From: Octopus vulgaris
Lineage: Eukaryota
Assembly (NCBI GenBank): GCA_951406725.2
Contig: OX597827.1
Coordinates: 84,072,001-84,136,000 of the forward strand
Direction of reading: 5' to 3'
DNA: 64,000 nucleotides
The position numbers were made by a program, and so were the translations under genes. This document shows positions 43,420 through 52,400 of the stretch, piece after piece; the first letter of the stretch is position 1; every line of letters begins with the position of its first letter. Below the pieces are notes generated by a model that was given only the letters and a program-made list of their open reading frames with translations, ran no database searches and was not told the origin of the DNA.

Positions 43420-46400
43420 TAGCATTAAAGTCCCGTCGTTGCCGGGTCATAGTGCTAGTGCATGTATATATGTGTATATATATGTGTACATATTACATGT
43501 ACATCTATATATATACATCTACACATAAAATACAAAATACAAAGTTATATCTTGATATCGCTAGTGATAACAATACTCAAAATATATAACAGACTGGAAT
43601 TGTAAGCCCGTCTCTTGTAATTTCGATCAATTGTTTCTTGTCCTCCCTCTTGTATAGAAGTGTGGTTACAATCCAGCCTACCTCTACTTCTGGGGGTGGT
43701 GGGCATTTTAAATTTTTTTCCGGGATGTCCTACGTCCCAGATATAAAGGTAAAAATAAAATATTTCCACTTTGCAAGTTCGAGTCGAGTACTCCCTTGCA
43801 CGCTCCGTTGACTCGAACCTTGCTTCTATTGTGGCGAATTTACCGCCTCTGATTAGATATCTTTCACAGTCGCACCAAGAGACTTTCCAAAGATGCTTTC
43901 CTCCATGTGTTCAAATCTTCTTTTTTCTCTACATTGTATACTTTATAGACAATAGTCTTTTCTTTAATTTAATTTTTTATTATCCATCTGGACTATTCCA
44001 TTTCTGCACACTAATTTTATTTTTAATTTATTCCCATTCATGTGAAACCACTGTTTCAAGTTCAATTCATTGATGCAATTTTATACCAATTGCTATTTTT
44101 ACTTTTGTTATGTTACGATTATATTATACTTTAGTTTGATTTTAATTATTACTTACTACATATAATTCAATTGTTATTATTATTTTTATTGTTAAAGTGA
44201 AAGTATCTGACATAAAATAGAGAAATGTCTTTGTTTCACTTTTAACACGTAATACTGAAATAGTGGAGAAGATATGATATTGCTATGGGCTCGCTCTAGG
44301 CAAGAAGTTGAACATTTTTTTGCCCATGAAACTACATGGACCCTAAGTAAGGCATGTGTAAAATTTGAATGAAATTGGTTGTGTAGTTCTCAAGTTTTAG
44401 GGAAACACACAGACAGACACACATTCTCAGTTTTATATATATAAAGATATAGATATATGTATGTATATCATGCACACTCCCACATCCACACAGGCAATAT
44501 ATACATAAGCATGCAGCATCCATAAACACATGCAACATGCATAGACAAACTTTCACCCACAAACATACACTACACACATGCACACACACACATGTACACG
44601 AACACGCATCAACTGCTACGCACAACACACACACACACACATACGTTAGACTCACTTTCCCCCATTCACACACACACACACTCACTCACATCATTCTCAA
44701 GTGCACACACATGCTTGTGCACCTGAGTTTGTTGGGTCACCATTACCATTATTATTATTATTTCCAGTTCATTCAAGCTCTTTTTTCCAGTCATCTCACC
44801 ATGTTGGACTCTACACAGTTTTTCTCTCTCCATTTTTTCCTCTCAATCCTTTCTGTCAAAGAACTTTGACTCAAAACATAAAAGACTTTTCCATTTTTCC
44901 CAAGTGTTCAACTAATACACCTGCTTGTTGTTCCTACAACTGTTTTCAAAAAAGAGAATTCACAAAAAAAAAGCCAAAAGACGAAGACAAGTGGTGCAGA
45001 CAACAAACAGATGTATTAGTATAATGCTCAGGAAATGAAAAAGTCTTTAACGTTTTGAACCTATGGTCTTCCACAGAAAGGAACACAGAAAGCAACAAGG
45101 AGAGAAAATAAAGAATGTGTAGTGGCTAGCGATCTATCATGGTGAATGCCGGACATAAGGATCACACAGGAGAGCTAGGAAGAAAGGGAGATAATAAAGT
45201 AGTGGTGATCCCAAAACGAAGATGTGCATGCGTGTGTATAAGAGAGTATGCACATGTGGAAGAGGGCTGGTGACCTTGACGTGTGTGTGTATGTGTCGGT
45301 GTGTGGATGTGGGGCTGGGAAGTGGTCAGTGCTAGTGTGTGCGTGGTAATGTGAAGTGGTGTGTGGTAAGGTGGTGTAGTGGTGTATGGTGTGGTGTAAT
45401 GGTGTTGGGAGGTGGGGAGACGAGAGTGGGGAAAGCAAGGGTGGGGTGTGGGTTAGGTTGAGGGTGTAGTAGAGTTGGGGTATGTGGGAGTGGGTGTAAG
45501 AGATGGAGTGGGGTGGGATGGAATGGATAGGGAAGGTGGGGTTGGATTGTGTAGGGGTGGGTTGGGTTACAAGAGGGGGTGACGATGAAGGAGAAGGGAG
45601 AAGGTGGGTAGGAGTGAAGAGAAGAGAGAAGGAAAGTAGGAGTGAAGAGAAGAAGTAGGAGTCAGAGCAAGAAACGAAAGGTGGGTGGGAGGAAGTAGGT
45701 GTGAGGAGGAGAGAGGAGAGGGGAGGACAGTTGAGCCCATGTGGTGCAAAGGAGCAAAGAGAGAAGATTAATCCCTGTTCACAGCACAAACAGGAGTCCA
45801 GATGACCCCTGTGCAAGGACAATCCGAGCACAGAAATAGTGCGAGACCAGGTTGTCATTGCTGAGTCAGATGTCTTGGAGGTGTTTCATGAACTTGTCAG
45901 TCAAGCGATGTCCCATTTTCCTGATGTATAGAGAAGGGCAGAGAGAGCAGGAGATGCAGTAGATGACATTGGTAGAAGTGCAGTGTCGGTTGAAGGAGTC
46001 GGTGATGTAATAGGGTCGATGATGGGTGCCAGTGAGGAGGGTGGTGTTGGAGAGGTAGGGGCAAGTGCAGCAGCATGGGTGGGAGCAGGGGAGCGAGCCA
46101 GGTTGGAAGGTTGGGTTAGGGAAGAAGCTGTGGACCAAGAAGTCTCGTAGCTTGTGGGCTAGCTTGAAGGAGGGGAGGATTCAGTTAGGGAAGATGTGTG
46201 CAGTGGAGGGGTCGGACTGGAGTCGCTGGAAGGCTCAGAGAATGGTGCGTTGGAGAGGTGGGGTGGTAGGTGAGGGGAGATGGGAGATGGTAGGGTAGGT
46301 GCAAGGGGAGAGAGCAGAAGCATGATCCATGGAACGTGCTCTAGCAAGGGTAGTGTGGATAGTGGTGAGGGGATATCCATGCAGGATGAAGAGGCGAGCC

Positions 46401-49400
46401 CTGAGTTGAGACTAAGTTTCAAAGTCATGGTCATCACTACAGAGCCTGTGTAGACGAAGGAATTGGAAATAGATGGAAATCCTGGTGTGTTTAGGGTGGG
46501 AGGAGAAGTTGATGTGTGAGTCTGTGTATTTGTAGTGGATGGAGGTGGTAAGAGTGGAGTGATGAATGCTGACCGAAATGTCAAGAAAGGAGACAGCGGT
46601 GTCAGAGATAGTGCAGGAGAAGTGGAGGGTGGGATGGAAAGATTTGACAAAAGAGAGGAAGGAGCCTAGATGTTCGTGGGAGAGTGAGGTTGCACCAATA
46701 CAGTCATCAATATAACGGCCATATAGTTCGGGAGTGGGACCAGTGAAACTTGAGAATATTTGGGCCTCAACGTAGCCAACGAACAGGTTCACATAGTTGG
46801 GGCCTATTCTCATTCCTATGGCTGACAACTGCAGGAGAAATATGTAGCCAAAGATAAACCTTTGTACATGGCTTTTGCTGACTTGGAGAAAGCCTTTGGC
46901 AGGGTCCCCCCAATCCCTTAGCTGATGGCCAGTGCAGAAACTAGGGATAGACAAGTGGCTGGTAAGAGCTGTACAAGCCCTGTACAGGGATGCTGTCAGT
47001 AAGGTGAGGGTTGGCAATGAGTATAGTGAAGAATTCCAAGTAGAAATAGGGGTTCACCAAGGATCAGTCCTCAGCCCTCTCTAATTCATTATAGTCCTCC
47101 AGGCAATAACAGAGGAATTCAAGATAGGCTGCCCCTGGGAGCTCCCCTATGCTTATAGCTGAGTCACTGCCAGAACTGGAGACAAAGTTTAGGGTCTGGA
47201 AGCAAAGTCTAGAATCAAATGGCCTAGCCAAAACCAAAGTCTTAGTAAGTAGGAAGGCTATCAAATCACAACCCACTTCATGTAGATGGCCCTGCTCAAT
47301 CTGTAGAAAAGGTGTGGGTAGAAACTCCATATGATGTACCTGGTGTAAGCTATGGACTCATAAAGGGTGCAGCAACATCAAAGGAAGGTTAATCAGGAAA
47401 AAAATTTTTTGTGTGTGGCAGAGGCACTGGGGCAATAAACACTGAAGATGTACAAAAAACAGATTCCACCACATGCCAGGGGAAGAAACTAGAAGTAGTT
47501 AATAGCTTCTGCTACCTAGTTGACCAAGTCTGCAGTGGGGGGTGGTTGCTCTGAGAGAGTAGTGACTAGAGTAGGAATAGCCTGGGCAAAGTTCAGGGAG
47601 CTCCTACCTCTGCTGGCAACTAAGGGCCTCTCACTCAGAGTGTAAGGTAGACTGTATGATTCATGTGTGTGACTTGCCATGCTACATGGCAGGAAAACAT
47701 AGGCTGTGAATGCTGAGGATATGCGTAGGCTTGAAAGAAATGAAGCCAGTATAATCTACTGGATGTATAATGTCAGTGTGTATACACAACCGAGTGTAAG
47801 CATCCTGCGAGAAAAGATTGACATAAGAAGCATCAGATGTGGTGTGGAAGAGAGACGACTGCACTGGAATGACCATGTGTTACATATGAATGAAGACAGC
47901 TGTGTGAGGAAGTGCCACTCCCTAACTGTAGAAGGAACCTGTAGAAAAGGTAGACTCAGGAAGACATGGGATGAGGTGGTGAAGCATGACCTTCAAACAT
48001 TGGGCTTCACAGAGGCAATGACAGGAGACCAGGACCTTTGGAGATATGCTGTGATTGAGAAGACCCAGCAACTAAAGTGAGATGGCAACTATGCATGTCT
48101 GGCTCTATTAAGAATACTCTTGATGTGTTGGGCGATATGATATGCTCGAGAAAACTTGTTGAGTCAAGTAAAATAAATATCATAGCTGGGGCAGGTGCCT
48201 CCTGACTAGCTCCCATACCGGTGGCACATAAAAAGCACCATCTGAATGTGGTTGATGCCAGATTCGCCTGACTGGCTCCTGGACCAGTGGCATGTAAAAA
48301 GCACCAACCAATCGTGACCGATGCCAGTACCCCCTAACTGGTTCCTGTGCCAGTGGCACGTAAAAAGCACCATCCAAACATGCAAAGGCTTGAAAGAAAA
48401 GAAGCTACCATCCTCTGCAGGATATGCAAAGAAGAAATAAAAAAAGTGATGGTGTAGACACACACATGTATACAACACTTAAATTCATATGCATACATGC
48501 ATGCTTAGATGTACTTACATATATACACACACATTCATATACATACATAAATAAAGTATCAGCTTTGGTAGTAACCACAATGAAAGTTTCTGAAATAAAT
48601 TTCCTCTAAGAGTTTCAACTTACTTCTTGAAGACAATTTGCAATAGTCTTTTCATGCTGATTCTGTTCTTGGCTTATTCCCCATCTTAGATCGACATAAG
48701 AGAAAAAAATTCTTCGATCCATACATTCTTGGTTGAGCTGGAAAACAGAATAAAGCATCATTTGCTTGGATTCTACCTTTTTGACAAAACATTATATATT
48801 TTTTTATACATTTTCTTTTCATCTTATTTATGCACTTTTTTCTGAACTGTTTTCCATTCAGTGTAAACATCATCCGACTATTTTACGACACACACTTGTA
48901 ATGTTCTTCGTTAGTCATTTTTGAGTTGCTTAAATGTAATTGAAAGTCTGAGGAGAAAATGTGGGGAGGACAGCATAAAAACATATGAATCCCACAGAAT
49001 AAAATATTTAAGCTGATAGGTTTTTTTCTAAGGATGTAGGCAGGACTTGTCAGCACAATCTTTTGGATTTCTGTGAGAGATGGGTTTCCTGAGATGTTAT
49101 CCAGCCATTTCTGACATCCATTTTTATCATACCGATGGCACCTACAACAGCAGGGATGGTTTTCTTTTTAAGATGCCACATCTTTTGTATTTCAGTTTCT
49201 AGCTTGTATTTATTGAGCTTGTCAAATTCTTACCAGTGGAGATTCAGATATTTATCAGTTTATAAGTATATTCTTTACTGTCTTTAATGATTATGTCTTG
49301 TCAATTATCCTGGCTTGTTCTGTGATGTTGAGAGGAATTTCCCAGAAAATTGTGACATTTTAGCTTGAGATGAAGTTCACATCAGTTAGGATGTATCAAT

Positions 49401-52400
49401 TTGATAGTGCCTACATATTTTTCAGTGTAAATGCTTCCCTACTATATTGTGGCAATCTTTATATTCATTTGGTGTTAGCACAGAATAGCCTGAAGCAAAA
49501 TAATATATTGTTTCACTGAATTTTTGGCAGGATTATTTTGTGTAGAATGGCTTCATCATCTGCACCCATCTCTAAAATTATGAGTTGCTAGAGGATCTGA
49601 CATGATCATATCTGTAAAGTTTATCCCAAACATACTTACAACACTACCAAGCCAGAACTTGTGGAAATTACTCATAATCCTCCAATAGAGACTACTAGAA
49701 TATCATTTTTAATGCTCTGAATTACTTCCTGACCATTGTTGCTCAAATTCTCCACTAACCCTCTATAGCATGCAAGGGTTGACTTTCCATCAATCCCAGT
49801 GATTGGTACCAGGCAATATCCAAGATGCTAAATGACCAATCCTGGTTTGTGCTTGGTTGGTTTTAAGCTCCAGTTCAGACTGGGTTTTGGTCTTTAGAAG
49901 TAAGTGTTATAACTATTTGACACAGGAAAGTTAAGAGTTGGATATCCACTACACTATTCTAACCCTAACCCTACATTATTCCTTATTCTATACAACAGCT
50001 ATCATGCAGTTTCTGTCAACCCAATTGTTTCCATAAAGTTTTGGTCATCTCATGGCTATGACAAAAGATGCCTGATTGAACATAGTATCATATAGTTGTG
50101 AAATGAACTTCTTCATTACGTAGTTAAGCCTGAAACATAATACATACATACATGCATACATTCCCATCAAAACTTCGACCAAGTTTAAATAAGCTATGAC
50201 ATCACTATCTGCATCCCAGACCATGTCATTCCATTTGCTATTGACCATAAAAGAAGGTAGAATAAAATTTTCGCAAAGAATTGGGTGCCATTTCTAGCAG
50301 ATCCCATGAGTACATCGACTGTCCTTTGCTGACTAGTAGTAGGTGTAATAGTAAAATTACCTCTTGGAATGTTTTTTTTATTAATTCTTCTCTTTCCTTT
50401 GTGAAATCTTTGAAAGTACTTGACACAAACAGCCGAACCTCTCTTTGTTTCTTCACCTCATGGAATTTAAACTTTTCTTTCATTGCTTTCCATTTGATAT
50501 TTCTATTTTCTTCCTCTTCTGTTTCTGAAACACAGAGATTGGGAAATCTTCCTTTACACTCTGTTCAAATAGTCAGTAGATTAAATATGCTCAATAGTCA
50601 TGTACTGTACCCTTGGCTACAACACCTGCCTTCCATGCACCCATTCCACACAGTTGTAAATAAGAGCAATTATGTACAAGTACACTTTACTGCTTTACGC
50701 AACATAATGATTGCATTAGGTAAGTCTTTACTTGTTCACTTGGAGCAGATATGTCATTCTACTTACAGTAGACAACCTCAGAAATAAACCTTAAGCAAGA
50801 TGAGCAAATGGGGAAAGCTGTACCTAGTCACCCAAGTTGCAAGCAATAGCAGTCAGACTATCTTAAATCACAAAATGCCATCTTGGAGGGAAGGTCACAT
50901 TGAGCAATGTAGTCTTAGATAGAGAAAAAGACAATGGGTGAAGTTTTGAATTCCTTTTATCATGGAGCTTTTCATTCAGTGTCAGCCTGAAGGTTAAGCA
51001 ATGACAACAACATTACACAACACAGATCGCTCGATTTGTTATCTCAACATCAGTTTTACAGTTTAGACAGGATACACCCCTTATACAAAATACACTGGTC
51101 TTCTTTTTACCTGAACCAACCTCAGATATTAACCTTAATCAGATCACTCACTGTATTGACTTCAGCTCCAGACCTGAGACTAAACACACCGCTCTAAACA
51201 CCACATCAGTCTGCATCATCTGGGTGCATTAGACAACACACACCATTCTGCTGATCTCACTGACAACAGCTCTATATCTCTTTTGTATTTGTTTAATACT
51301 TCTCATCACTATGACATTTAAAGAAGAAACAGAGCCTTACCTCTACGTATATCCTTGACAAAGTTATCTACCATCAACTTATGATTGTCCTTCAACAGTT
51401 TAGCCAGTATTTTGTCCAGTTCTGATATCTGAAACTGACCATCGGTCAACCAGGAACTCTTAAAAATAAAATTTAAAAGAGAAGAAATTAAAGCGAAAAA
51501 CAATCAGTTTTTTTCACTGTTAAAAAACATTATAAGAAATAATTTTAAACAATAATGACTACCATAACATTGCTGAACTTGTCAGAAATAGCAACCAATT
51601 CTCCTTCAAATCACACCTAACTCTTTAGAAAAGTAAGGATGTGTACATCAAGGAAATGGCTTGAGATATGCTATGCCTAGAAGTCAGGATGTCTGCTGCT
51701 AGAATACCTTCCATCATAAGTCTTCTTGAATGAAAATGATCTGAAGTGAATCAACAACAGCAATGGTAACAGACATACAGTATAGAAAATACATTATCTC
51801 CAGACACCCTCACAACATCACATATAATAAACACTGCATGTCAGAGGGTACAGAGCTAAATCTAGACAGAAATATATCTGTAGTTATTCATTACATATGT
51901 CCTACAACCACAATCCCAAACCACTAACAACACAAACCTCTTGCTCAAATATTGCCCTAACGTCTTAAAAGAATCAATGAAAGAAGATAAATGAATTCTG
52001 TATTTAATAGAAACAAAGACGAGATGGTCACAGCGTGAACATTTGAACAAAAACTAAGCAAGATCCAAATACACTTTGATTTTAACGAGTTCTTTTCAAA
52101 AACTTCTTTAAAAAGCAACAGAAAATCAAACAAAATGGCTGACGTACTCCCAAAACACATAGAACCTGAGAGAATCAGTGCACCACACATCTACAACTAT
52201 TGTAAAATTTTCAAAATTTGGGTGCTGAGCAACAATCATAACAATGCTAAAGCCCAACAAAACTACAAATAAAGTTGTACCTTTCAATTCTCACCATAAA
52301 AAGCTATTGATTTAATGAACACACAGTTGTAAATTGCAACATTGATTCAAACTGCTCCACTCAGTTACCACATCACTCACAATCCTAACAAAGGAAATAC

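Noticed and set aside
46412-47017. 201-aa ORF as a novel gene
   Set aside because: It is a chance chimera: antisense RTE sequence joined in frame to the Penelope RT at the insertion junction (~46820).
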